Below are positions 26,754 through 36,105 of a stretch of 64,000 nucleotides of DNA, one piece after another. Source of the DNA: a virus; the IMG/VR virus record IMGVR_UViG_3300009702_000017, positions 36,315-100,314 of that record; one strand, 5' to 3'. Made by a program: the position numbers and the translations under genes. The first letter of the stretch is position 1; every line of letters starts with the position of its first letter. The notes beneath the pieces were generated by a model that saw only the letters and a list, made by a program, of their open reading frames with translations, did no database searches and was not told the DNA's origin.

Positions 26754-27357
26754 TTTTCTGCGACTTCAAGAGCAGTTCTCGAAGCGCCTCCGCATGTTCT
26801 GGACCTACGATTGACTCCACTGACACCGTGTTCTCTACCTTCCCGGTATGCTCAATCTGGCCAACGAGCTTCGTCGTATTGTTTTGACCCGTCATTTCAA
26901 GAAGGAGCTTACTCAAGTCCTTGTAGTTGCGTACATTGTCAGGTACCATAGTGTTCTTGAGATGAGTAGCGTCTCCCGTTTGAATAAACCTCTGAATCGC
27001 CTCACGTTGCTTCTTGTGGGTAGCCGAAAGTACCGTGGCGATGAAGTCTACAGCCTCTACCTGCACCTGTCTCACTCGACCAGCTACAGTATCAAACAGA
27101 CGAGCCATATGCTCGTCACGAAGACGATCCCAGTCCCCCTCAAGGCGTGCTTGTATGACAGCGCCATGAGGCAGCTTGTTCAGCTTCGCAATTTCGAGAC
27201 AGCTACTACCGTTGAGGAACAGTGAAAAAAGTTGAGCCTGCAACGAGGTTGCTAGGCGGTACCCTTCCTTCTCTTCGTAAGCCTTGAGGGCTGTTCTCTC
27301 CCTCTCCGTCAACCGATCCATCGGAACTAGCTGGTTCTCTTCTTGGTTCAGGTCCAT
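26737..27357 (-). CDS. putative terminase small subunit
   Basis: Helical HTH-like protein immediately upstream of terL. Confidence 0.5.
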   Translation of the reverse strand: MDLNQEENQLVPMDRLTERERTALKAYEEKEGYRLATSLQAQLFSLFLNGSSCLEIAKLNKLPHGAVIQARLEGDWDRLRDEHMARLFDTVAGRVRQVQVEAVDFIATVLSATHKKQREAIQRFIQTGDATHLKNTMVPDNVRNYKDLSKLLLEMTGQNNTTKLVGQIEHTGKVENTVSVESIVGPEHAEALRELLLKSQKNGNDS

Positions 27358-27676
27358 ATCTCTCTACTTCCACTTCGTTCCCATCTACGAAAATCTCCAC
27401 CATCCACTCATCTCCAAGCATCGAAACTACCGAATACTGAAGCATCTTGAATCTCTGTGGTATGTCGTCTGGATACACTTTTTCTGGATCTGTCTCAAAA
27501 CGAAACCGAATCGTGTATGCGGGACGGTCAATCTCAACCGTGTACTTTGCGCCAGGGTAAGCAACAAGAGGCCAATGCTTCAACTGGACAATTTGCGCCT
27601 CATGGAGCATCCCCGTCTTTTCGGTCACCATGCTCCGAAGGCGTTTTAGCTTTAGCCAACCTTCGGAACTATTCAC
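27206..27676 (-). CDS. hypothetical protein
   Basis: ORF coupled to the upstream nuclease gene. Confidence 0.55.
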   Translation of the reverse strand: MNSSEGWLKLKRLRSMVTEKTGMLHEAQIVQLKHWPLVAYPGAKYTVEIDRPAYTIRFRFETDPEKVYPDDIPQRFKMLQYSVVSMLGDEWMVEIFVDGNEVEVERYGPEPRREPASSDGSVDGEGENSPQGLRREGRVPPSNLVAGSTFFTVPQR

Positions 27677-28680
27677 ATCCCAATCCTCTCTGCCGCCATC
27701 TGCCTCAGTTCGTCAGTAGGCGTCCCATGCGGCGGGACGAACGCCTGTACATAAGATTGGAACGCCTTATCAATCCCTTCCGATTCTCTGACCTTGATAT
27801 CCTTCTTGTCCGTCTTGAAGGTACGCAGCTTAACACCAGGGCGGCGATACTTTTTCGCAACCCCTTCAAGCCACGCCTCTGGACCCCTCAGGTCAACCCT
27901 CCACGTAGTCCGGTCATCGAGGGTGGGCAAGTCGTCGTCTGGGGTAAGTGTGACGCTCCTGATGGCCCTACAAACCGTATCCGTTGGGATGCCCTTGGGA
28001 TTGAGGATAGCGGGAGCAGGAGCGTCTACTTCAACGAGCCATAGATGACGGTCTACGTCCGCGTCCATAGCAGACCTCCAACGGGGAGCACCAATGTACC
28101 AGACATTCCCAAACCGCTGTGGGGTATGGATATGGCCAGAAATGAACGTGGCATTCGGGAATAGCCTCGGATCCACACCATCCTTGGCATAGAACCCGTT
28201 CTCATACTTCGATCCGTCGAACGTCTGATGGCAGAAGTAGATGTTCCCAGGGCACGGATTCTCATGTTTCCTGACGGTATCTACGAACCCCTTCCTAGAG
28301 GCCATGTATGGCATGAAGACAGCACCGGGAATATCATCAAATGCAGTGACCTTGTTCACCACATACACATTCCCTTCATTGAACATATCCATCGAAGTCT
28401 CTTGGATAGCGTTCGTGCCAGCTTGATCGTGATTCCCGACTAGTACGATCACTCGACCAAATTCACCTACTGTAGTCGAAAGATCACTAAACGCTTCACG
28501 CCAAAATTCCTGCACCCCTAGATGCAAGATGGAATGATCGTTAGTCTGGTCCCCCATGAAGACTGGGGTAGCGTTATGCTCCTCCACGAGCTTCCTGATG
28601 TACTCGATAAGCGAACGACAGTCGTCCAGTTCGGAGTAGACTGCGTGTACATCTCCAATGAGCAGGAGCTTACTCGACAT
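27673..28680 (-). CDS. SbcD/Mre11-like metallophosphoesterase nuclease
   Basis: IGDVH, MGDQ, VGNHD, FCHQ, SGHIH.PQ, YIGAP. Confidence 0.88.
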   Translation of the reverse strand: MSSKLLLIGDVHAVYSELDDCRSLIEYIRKLVEEHNATPVFMGDQTNDHSILHLGVQEFWREAFSDLSTTVGEFGRVIVLVGNHDQAGTNAIQETSMDMFNEGNVYVVNKVTAFDDIPGAVFMPYMASRKGFVDTVRKHENPCPGNIYFCHQTFDGSKYENGFYAKDGVDPRLFPNATFISGHIHTPQRFGNVWYIGAPRWRSAMDADVDRHLWLVEVDAPAPAILNPKGIPTDTVCRAIRSVTLTPDDDLPTLDDRTTWRVDLRGPEAWLEGVAKKYRRPGVKLRTFKTDKKDIKVRESEGIDKAFQSYVQAFVPPHGTPTDELRQMAAERIGM

Positions 28681-28972
28681 CGTGCTGACCCCTAACAAAG
28701 AGCACGAAAGACTCTGGAATGATCAATACTTCACTTTTCTCGTCTCCGATGTCAATACTATAAACCTGTTGTCCATGGGGCTGATTCTTGATCACACCAT
28801 CAACCCAAACAACATCCCCTTCAAAAATCGTCTTTCCGTTACCAAAGACCACACGCAACGGGACTGCCGTGTACGAGGGTGTCCAACCACCCTTCTACAC
28901 CCTCGTATTAGCCCGCTTCTCTTGACTGAAAGGTTCTACCCCAAGCTTGTTGTTCCATGCGATTATACTCAT
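28670..28972 (-). pseudogene. GroES-like co-chaperonin with an in-frame TAG at codon 26
   Basis: AGGAG-led ATG 28972: MSIIAWNNKLGVEP...RV*KGG...VVFGNG...EGDVVW...EVLIIPESFVLFV, 100 codons, parallels GroES motifs. Confidence 0.7.
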
Positions 28973-28980
28973 ACTGTCTC

Positions 28981-30036
28981 CTATAACGCGATACCTCTCA
29001 TTATCAGTACCTTCTGATGAATGATAGGTAGTTTTCTAACGGACTGCGCCAGCACATGCAGTACCTCTGCATTCTCTACAGCGCAGTCTGGTTGCCAATG
29101 ATCGTCTGCTGCAATTACGTCAAAGAGAGTCGTAGCAGTACGCTCCTCATCTCCAGACTGGTTAGTCACCAATGTCTCACCACTAATGTAGCTCGCGGCA
29201 CTAAGTAGATGTTGAATCTCACTTGCGTTCGTTTCCCCACCGTTCTTTGCACCTTCATTCACTCTAGCGGCCAAGTCCTCGAAATCTACCTCGTTCTTGT
29301 CATATCGTGATATGGCCTTGTGAGCACGATAGAGCTTGCGCTGGTCTGACGAAGAAAAGTGAACGAACGTCTTTGAGTAAGCGTTGATGAAGTTCCCTAC
29401 CATGCGCCCAATAGCCACACCACGAAAAGCGGTTGTGTATGGCATCTCGTACTTATCGATGGCCGACAATAGCCCATCAATGGCGATCTGAACGAAATCC
29501 ATGAAGGTAAGATGACTCTTGGATGTGCGGGACCAAAAGATACGTGCACGAGAAATGGCGAGTGGAGTGTTCATCTCTACGAGCGCATGACGAATAGCCT
29601 CAATCCTTCTTGCAAGCACTGTGATAGGAGACTTGGGAGCCCATTTCCTTGACTTCAACACCCATCCAATGAACATGTAGTTGACATGGAACTGGTAGAG
29701 CGCTTCAGCATCACGCTTCTTGAGCGCTTTGGAAATCTCGGCAAAGAAGACGTTGTGACGCTCTCTGAAATATGGCCTAGCTGAAAGAACATTCCTGTTT
29801 TCTTCGGTGATGTATGTGACGAATTTACGGTACACGTTAGGGCCGTATCGATGTCGGATTAGTATGTCGCGCCATTTGTCCTCAAGCCACGTAAGCTCCT
29901 CTAGCTGGCTACGCTGGATAGATTCAGCGGACATGTCGTCTGCATAGTCTTCCTCGCAAGCCTCGATAGCAATCGCTAGAGAACCAGTGAACTTGCGGAA
30001 GTGTTCTTGGGAGTCAAATTGCTTATTTGGCGCCAT
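28981..30036 (-). CDS. phage RNA polymerase sigma factor (sigma70 family)
   Basis: LVEMNTPLAISRA...FMDFVQIAIDGLLSAIDKYE...F...A (region 2) plus downstream HTH; start reassigned to 30036. Confidence 0.8.
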   Translation of the reverse strand: MAPNKQFDSQEHFRKFTGSLAIAIEACEEDYADDMSAESIQRSQLEELTWLEDKWRDILIRHRYGPNVYRKFVTYITEENRNVLSARPYFRERHNVFFAEISKALKKRDAEALYQFHVNYMFIGWVLKSRKWAPKSPITVLARRIEAIRHALVEMNTPLAISRARIFWSRTSKSHLTFMDFVQIAIDGLLSAIDKYEMPYTTAFRGVAIGRMVGNFINAYSKTFVHFSSSDQRKLYRAHKAISRYDKNEVDFEDLAARVNEGAKNGGETNASEIQHLLSAASYISGETLVTNQSGDEERTATTLFDVIAADDHWQPDCAVENAEVLHVLAQSVRKLPIIHQKVLIMRGIAL

Positions 30037-31504
30037 CTCGAATCTCAATGATAGGTGGACAAATACTATTGTAGTACGCTCGGCGCCTATTAGCGTGATC
30101 GTGCAATAGCTCAACGTTGGTAATATCAAAGTCAGTGAAGATGCAATTCTTCTTCCCCGGTACCCTTCTAGTACCTCTACCAATCACCTGTCGAATCTTC
30201 ACCTCAGACGACTTCCCTTGGAGGTAGATAATGTGATCTGCGTTCTTCACATCGGTACCAATACCAATGGCTTTGGTTCCGACTAGGATTGGAAAGCGCC
30301 CTTCATTAAAATCCGCTACAAGCTGGTGGTTGTTCGACTTCTGGTACTTCTCTGGGAGACTAGAGTATCTATCCTTTTGGACTGCGCCATGAGCAAACCA
30401 CGCCTCACGCTTTAAATACGGAAGCAGCACCATGAACTGAAAAACTTCCTCGACCATAATCAAGACATGACGACCTCGGTCAACCGATTCGTTTGCAATC
30501 TGAGCGGCTATCTGGGAAATATCTGTGTTGTTGTACAGGTGTACGCGGTTCAATCTGTTTACGTCTTCAGTCTTGTACTTGGAAGGAGAACGTACATTGA
30601 CCATGCAAAAGCGAATGGGAGACAAATATCCGTCACGAATCCCTTGGGCAACGTCCATCTCGTACACAATATCTCCAATAATGGCTTGGAGAAGCTTTTC
30701 CTTGCCATCATTGCGAATCTGTGTGCCAGATACAAAGAACCGATAAGGAGCATCCTTCATGAGGTTGAAGCACACATCTGTAAGTGTCTTTGCCGGTGTC
30801 ATGTGAGACTCATCAGCACAAAACACCTGAGCACTGGACAGCCGCTTCCAGTGCTCACTGTTTGGGTCGGTTCTTGATAAGGACTTGTCGATAGCAATCA
30901 CGAACTGCTTGTCTGATTGCTTCTTTCCATTGCCATAGAGCCCAACCCTCTTCTTTCCAAGATGCTTGCTGAATTGTTCGTGTAACTGCAAGGCAATACT
31001 CTTGGAAGGAGCCATGATAACTGTCTTCAGACCCAGACGCTTCACTAGCAACATCAGAATGAACGACTTTCCCCCTCCAGTCATCAACTCGATAGCGCCA
31101 TGCTTCGCCTTTAGAAGTGCTTCTACGGCTTCGCTCTGATATGAACGGGGCTCAAAAGGAGGAGGTGTATCCCAAGGGACTGGGCTTGGCTCTGGATAGT
31201 CTACTTCATTCTTGATTTCAGTGAGAAGGATTTGCTGAATCTGTCTCGCCAGCCCGCTGTATGTCCAATATCCATCGTCATCATGAAAGAGCAAGTCGTT
31301 TTTCACCTTCTCCTTAAGCTCTCTAGCTTGCCTAAGGTACTCGTCTTTACCGTACTTGCGTGTAAACCAACCGCTTCCCTTGAGGAATTTTTGGTACTGA
31401 TACGAAGCAGACTTGTCAGTGTAGCTGAGGTACCTCTTCAACAACGTAACTGTCTCTTTGCCACCATCAATCCTAGCGATTGTTGGTTCTGTGATCCTTA
31501 TCAT
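30023..31504 (-). CDS. superfamily 2 helicase (UvsW-like)
   Basis: PRSYQ, TGGGKS, DESH, SGT, QVIGRGTR. Confidence 0.92.
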   Translation of the reverse strand: MIRITEPTIARIDGGKETVTLLKRYLSYTDKSASYQYQKFLKGSGWFTRKYGKDEYLRQARELKEKVKNDLLFHDDDGYWTYSGLARQIQQILLTEIKNEVDYPEPSPVPWDTPPPFEPRSYQSEAVEALLKAKHGAIELMTGGGKSFILMLLVKRLGLKTVIMAPSKSIALQLHEQFSKHLGKKRVGLYGNGKKQSDKQFVIAIDKSLSRTDPNSEHWKRLSSAQVFCADESHMTPAKTLTDVCFNLMKDAPYRFFVSGTQIRNDGKEKLLQAIIGDIVYEMDVAQGIRDGYLSPIRFCMVNVRSPSKYKTEDVNRLNRVHLYNNTDISQIAAQIANESVDRGRHVLIMVEEVFQFMVLLPYLKREAWFAHGAVQKDRYSSLPEKYQKSNNHQLVADFNEGRFPILVGTKAIGIGTDVKNADHIIYLQGKSSEVKIRQVIGRGTRRVPGKKNCIFTDFDITNVELLHDHANRRRAYYNSICPPIIEIRDGAK

Positions 31505-32099
31505 CTAGAATCCTATCTAGCACTTGCTGTGCTCTTTCATCACTTGTTCCCTCCAGCGCCACAAGCGGGACATCAGGAAGGTACCCCCAAACTAGGTCAG
31601 GAAGAAGACCGTCTACTTCAAGTGCTTGTTTGTAATCGTGAACTCGATTTGGATCGTATACCTTTTCTTTTGGAAAGAGCGGACAGTAGAAGATTATGTC
31701 TGGCTTCCATGTTGGTGTAACTTTCAGAATGAAGTCGTATACATCCTTCCGTTCATCGGGATTCACATAGAGCATTGCATTGAGTGGACTGCTGTCTGAA
31801 ATGACGAATGTCTTGTTGATGATCTTAAGGGCATCGTAAGCGAAGACGTCTTCTCTAGCAGATTGGTTGACGGCAATTTCCTGTTGATCTGTTAGCAATA
31901 GGTCTCCATTGAATGGAATAAATTTGGGATGATTTTCATTCCAAGTCAATCTTCCAATCTTACGTAGTCTTGCAATATGATACCTAGCTTCTTCTGGTAC
32001 GAACTCAGCAACATGACCATTGTCCTTGAGGTTGGCAAAGACCTTAGCGGCTACTGTCGTCTTTCCAGATCCAGGCGCTCCTACGAAGTTGATTAGCAT
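31473..32099 (-). CDS. P-loop NTPase/nucleotide kinase (NadR/AAA_28-like)
   Basis: GAPGSGKTT, EFVPEEAR, ISDSSPL. Confidence 0.8.
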   Translation of the reverse strand: MLINFVGAPGSGKTTVAAKVFANLKDNGHVAEFVPEEARYHIARLRKIGRLTWNENHPKFIPFNGDLLLTDQQEIAVNQSAREDVFAYDALKIINKTFVISDSSPLNAMLYVNPDERKDVYDFILKVTPTWKPDIIFYCPLFPKEKVYDPNRVHDYKQALEVDGLLPDLVWGYLPDVPLVALEGTSDERAQQVLDRILDDKDHRTNNR

Positions 32100-32118
32100 G
32101 TTGACCTTTCTCTCTAGT

Positions 32119-32127
32119 TACAGCGAG
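32119..32127 (-). promoter_or_regulatory. phage promoter motif CTCGCTGTA
   Basis: Heads the leftward operon, upstream of the RBS of ATG 32099. Confidence 0.65.
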
Positions 32128-32159
32128 TTTAGCGTTATGTTTAGCTTACTGTCACCGAA

Positions 32160-32240
32160 TTTTTCTGGACATGATCTTATTGGTATACAACTTAGTATAT
32201 TTATTAATATATAGTATTCTAATGATATAGAAATACCTGA
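32160..32240. other. AT-rich non-coding segment at the strand switch; candidate replication origin
   Basis: TTAGTATATTTATTAATATATAGTATTCTAATGATATAGAAAT between divergent promoters. Confidence 0.35.
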
Positions 32241-32347
32241 GGCTCTTCGCAGGGTCCCTAGACCTCCAGAAAACATCAAAACACGAAAACACCACAGGTG
32301 ACTTCACTGGTCTTACGCAAAACTTCGCTAATGTTCGCCCCTCTATT

Positions 32348-32356
32348 CTCGCTGTA
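32348..32356 (+). promoter_or_regulatory. phage promoter motif CTCGCTGTA
   Basis: Heads the rightward operon, 12 nt before ATG 32369. Confidence 0.65.
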
Positions 32357-32368
32357 GTTAGAGTAGAT

Positions 32369-32992
32369 ATGGGAAACCCGAGATCGAAAGGCGGCAGACC
32401 GCCAGGAGCAGCCAGGGAAGGGGCTTACGAGCTACTAGAACTGCTGCTGCACAACAGCGACGACCAAGGCGCTTGCACCCTTACCTTGGAGCAGCTTTCG
32501 CACAAGCTCAATAGGTGTAAGCGCACACTCATCCGCTACATGCACATCCTCAAGGACGAGGGGCATGTTACCGTAAAGCGCTGGAATTACATGGTAGATG
32601 GCAAGTTCATAGGCAGATGGAAGGTGTTTCCAAGAGGTGCCAAGGCGATGTACGACTGGGCTCACTGGGCCGAGGTCCATAAGCAACCCATTGTGCCAAA
32701 GAAGACGTTCTCGGCACCCAAGGACAAGCTTCCTCCCGGCAGACCAAAGGGAGGGTTCAAGCAGAAGAAACTGGAACTCATGCTAATTCTGAAGATGGAA
32801 TGCGGCCGAAAGGGATACACGAAAATCAGTTCGAATGAGTTGACGCAACGAATGAAGCGATCGAAGTCAAGTGTGAGCAAGTATCTTCAGTGCCTACGCA
32901 ATGAGGGGGTTGTCTCAGCAGTGTACAACCGATACAACAATCGAGACTGGAGCGGTGTGTACACGGAACGAATCATCTATTGGCATAGGTAA
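32369..32992 (+). CDS. tandem winged-HTH DNA-binding protein
   Basis: Two repeats of GRP-G...LEL...(T/S)xxEL...KR.K..(L/V)..Y...L..EG.V. Confidence 0.7.
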   Translation: MGNPRSKGGRPPGAAREGAYELLELLLHNSDDQGACTLTLEQLSHKLNRCKRTLIRYMHILKDEGHVTVKRWNYMVDGKFIGRWKVFPRGAKAMYDWAHWAEVHKQPIVPKKTFSAPKDKLPPGRPKGGFKQKKLELMLILKMECGRKGYTKISSNELTQRMKRSKSSVSKYLQCLRNEGVVSAVYNRYNNRDWSGVYTERIIYWHR

Positions 32993-32995
32993 GAT

Positions 32996-34840
32996 ATGGC
33001 AGAATCATACGGCAAGGTGAAGTCAGTAGCTAAGAACGTAACCGTCAAGGGACCCGACCTTGACTCGAAGGTACTTTCGACGATGAAGCGAACCGCTGAC
33101 ATCGTGGGTGCTACCTTGGGACCGGGTGGTAATCCTGTGCTCGTTGAGCGTCAGGAATACGGCCTTCCGTCCTACGTGACGAAGGACGGGGTGACTGTAT
33201 TCCAGTCGCTTGGTTTCCTGGACCCTACGGAACACGCCATCATGGAGACGGCAAGGGACGCTAGCGTGCGTACCAACTCGGAGGCAGGTGACGGGACTAC
33301 AACCGCTACTGTGTTGTCTGAGGCGATTGTTCGTCTCATGAACGAGTATACCAAGAAGCACCCTCGCGTCAGTCCACAGTTTGTCGTGCGGGAGCTAGAG
33401 CGGTGTTTTCGTGAGGACATTGATCCGACCATCAAGAGCCTGAGCTGTACTGCTTCTCGCGATAACGAAGAAGGTATCGGTTTCTTGCGTTCCGTTGCTC
33501 GAATCAGCACAAACGGAGACTCCCCTCTAGCGGATGCGGTGATCGATTGCTTCGAGATTTCTGGCGATCAAGGGAATGTGACCATTACCGAGACAAGCGG
33601 TCCATCGAGCTACGAAGTAGAGCATGTTGACGGCTATAGTATCGGAACAGGATACGAGGAATCTTGCGGAAAGTGGTATGGAAAGTTCATTAACGATCCT
33701 GCAACACAGAGGTGCGTACTGGAGAAGCCGGTTGTGGTGCTCTATCACGGGCAGATCAACGATATTGGTACTGTCAGGCTGCTCATGGAAGCAGTTGGTG
33801 ATGCGTGGCAGACTAGTCGTGGAGGCGAGGAAGGCGAGTTCAATGGTAACGTAATCCTGATGGCTACCGGATTTTCTGATGTGGTCTTGGGTATTTTTGC
33901 TACAAATTTCAACATCCCAAGCATGTTGAGTGTCTTTCCGTTGGTTGTTCCAAAGAGCCCAATGCTAGGCGGTCAATATGAGCTTCTTGCTGACATTTCC
34001 GCGCTTACTGGCGCGAGGATCTTCGATCCCATCAATGACCACCCCGATAGCTTGCCTTACTTAGAGGCACAACGTCAAGGGCAACTGAAGGATCTGTTGC
34101 ATGAATACCTTGGGCCTGGAATCGATAGGTTTGAGGCAGGTAGGTATCGTTCCAACGTACTTGGGATGGCTAATGAGGATGACGTTCTTGTCCGCATTGA
34201 CGAGCTACAGGCTCAGATCGAGAACGCTGCGTCACGCCTTGACAAGATGCTGCTAGAAGAGCGTATGGCAAAGCTGTCGGGTGGAATCGCAAAGCTAGTA
34301 GTACGTGGTCCTAGCAACGGCGAACTCAAGGAAAAGCGCGATCGTGCAGAGGATGCTGTGTGCGCTGTTCGTGGAGCCATCTCTGATGGATTCCTACCGG
34401 GTGGTGGATGGACTCTTCTCTATCTGGCAGAGATGTTGGACAAGCGCGGTAGCGACATCCTCTCGGAAGTGCTCGTTCCGGCTCTCCGTTCCCCTGTAGA
34501 GCGATTGTACTCCAACGCCGGTCTCATTACCGAGGAAGATCGCGAAGAGGTGCTGAAGCCCATCCTGACGGCCATCAGGAACAACGCCAAGAAGCACAAG
34601 TATCTTGTGTACGACGTACTTGAGGGAAAGCACGTAGACGCTTACGAAAGTGGTCTGCTGGATAGTACCCCCGCTGTACTGGAGGCAATCCGTAACAGTC
34701 TATCGATTGCCTCTCTTCTCGGATGTCTGGGTGGTACGATTGTGTACGCTCGCGATCTTGAGCTTGAAAGGCAAGAAGCCCTGGATAACAGCGAATGGCT
34801 TCGCAATGCTGGCGTAAATCCCGCAAACGAAAGACCCTAA
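32996..34840 (+). CDS. groL: phage chaperonin (GroEL-like)
   Basis: TLGPGG, VTKDGVTV, GDGTTTAT, ERMAKLSGG, EKRDRAEDA, GGG. Confidence 0.92.
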   Translation: MAESYGKVKSVAKNVTVKGPDLDSKVLSTMKRTADIVGATLGPGGNPVLVERQEYGLPSYVTKDGVTVFQSLGFLDPTEHAIMETARDASVRTNSEAGDGTTTATVLSEAIVRLMNEYTKKHPRVSPQFVVRELERCFREDIDPTIKSLSCTASRDNEEGIGFLRSVARISTNGDSPLADAVIDCFEISGDQGNVTITETSGPSSYEVEHVDGYSIGTGYEESCGKWYGKFINDPATQRCVLEKPVVVLYHGQINDIGTVRLLMEAVGDAWQTSRGGEEGEFNGNVILMATGFSDVVLGIFATNFNIPSMLSVFPLVVPKSPMLGGQYELLADISALTGARIFDPINDHPDSLPYLEAQRQGQLKDLLHEYLGPGIDRFEAGRYRSNVLGMANEDDVLVRIDELQAQIENAASRLDKMLLEERMAKLSGGIAKLVVRGPSNGELKEKRDRAEDAVCAVRGAISDGFLPGGGWTLLYLAEMLDKRGSDILSEVLVPALRSPVERLYSNAGLITEEDREEVLKPILTAIRNNAKKHKYLVYDVLEGKHVDAYESGLLDSTPAVLEAIRNSLSIASLLGCLGGTIVYARDLELERQEALDNSEWLRNAGVNPANERP

Positions 34841-35091
34841 TGCCTCTATACAAGTACAAGTGCCCAACGTGTGGCCTTCAGGCTCGCAGAATCCTGCTTG
34901 CTAGGCAGAAGGACGAACCGCAGACTTGCGTGTGTGGAGAACGACTTGAACGTGATCCTTCTCCACCGTCTAGTCATGTAAGAGAAGTAGTCGATAACGG
35001 CATGATGCCAAGGGCAGTTGATCGGTTCTCAAAGGCAGAGGAACTATACAAGAACCGAGCAAAGGAACTCGAGCAGAAGATGAAGGAGTAG
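34840..35091 (+). CDS. FmdB-like zinc-ribbon protein
   Basis: MPLYKYKCPTCG...CVCG. Confidence 0.8.
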   Translation: MPLYKYKCPTCGLQARRILLARQKDEPQTCVCGERLERDPSPPSSHVREVVDNGMMPRAVDRFSKAEELYKNRAKELEQKMKE

Positions 35092-35093
35092 AC

Positions 35094-36082
35094 ATGAAAG
35101 AAGCAAAGAGTATTGTATACGATTTAGCCAAGGAGCTTAATAGGCTAATGGGGATCAGGCTCCGTATTCAAATCTGCTAAAACTACTCGAAGAGCTAGAG
35201 GGGCCCAGCAAGACATTTGAATATGATCCGTCAAAGGATCCATTTCGTGGTGGATTGTTCTTGGTTGACAATGACTTCTCAACTGCGACCAAGAGCATTA
35301 ATCACCTCATTGATAGAGCGAGACTGCTCGAACTATCTGTGCCCTACGATACAAACACTTACCGCAGTCCCTTGTTTCGTGTAGGCGATGTCTTGAAGCC
35401 GATGGGTTATTGTATGCCGGGCTTCTTGATGTTGACTTCACAATTCTTAGCTCTCCGTATAGCGGCATCCTGAAGGACAAGATGGTTTGGGTCTACGAAG
35501 TTGTGCTTCGGGTATGCAAATGTGGTGTCAGGGGAGAAGAAAAAGAGGGTATGGCAAAGGAAGAGTACGCGAGGCTATACCTTCCTAACCTTCATGAGTA
35601 TTGTGAACTGAAGTGCAGGCCAAGGCCGATCCGTTTTGTACGGAAGGGAAAGACGATGAGTGACGTAGAGGATAGAATCAAAGATCCGTTTGAGGGCGCA
35701 ACCTTGCAGGTGAGAAAGATCGAACGGTAAGCGATGGGGCGTACTTCCGTTAGTAAATCCAGAAGCGATCCGTGGACTTAAGGATGCCCACTGGGATTAT
35801 ACCAAGGATCCATATGGTCCAGGCACGGTGGCTTATGCTAATGGGTGGAACGCTGATGAGATCCGAGAGCACAAGCACCCCTTCGTGATGTACGATGAAG
35901 ACCAGATGAATGCGAATGCATTGAGCGGCAATTGGGGTGAAGGGGTAGATAGTATCTACGTACTTCGCAACAGTGCATATCGCAACAGGCATTGTCCAGA
36001 GGGGATTGTTCCCAATGAGGAAGACATTCCTCATAGTGATCGTAACCTTTGGGCTACTCTCATGGTGTCGTTCAATTTCTAA
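35094..36082 (+). pseudogene. hypothetical coding region broken by about three single-base indels
   Basis: Open frames hand over at about 35150 (-1), 35400 (-1) and 35720 (+1), each repairable by one base. Confidence 0.55.
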
Positions 36083-36088
36083 CCTTTT

Positions 36089-36097
36089 CTCGCTGTA
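36089..36097 (+). promoter_or_regulatory. phage promoter motif CTCGCTGTA (leaderless geometry)
   Basis: 8 nt before ATG 36106. Confidence 0.65.
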
Positions 36098-36105
36098 TAC
36101 TTGGT

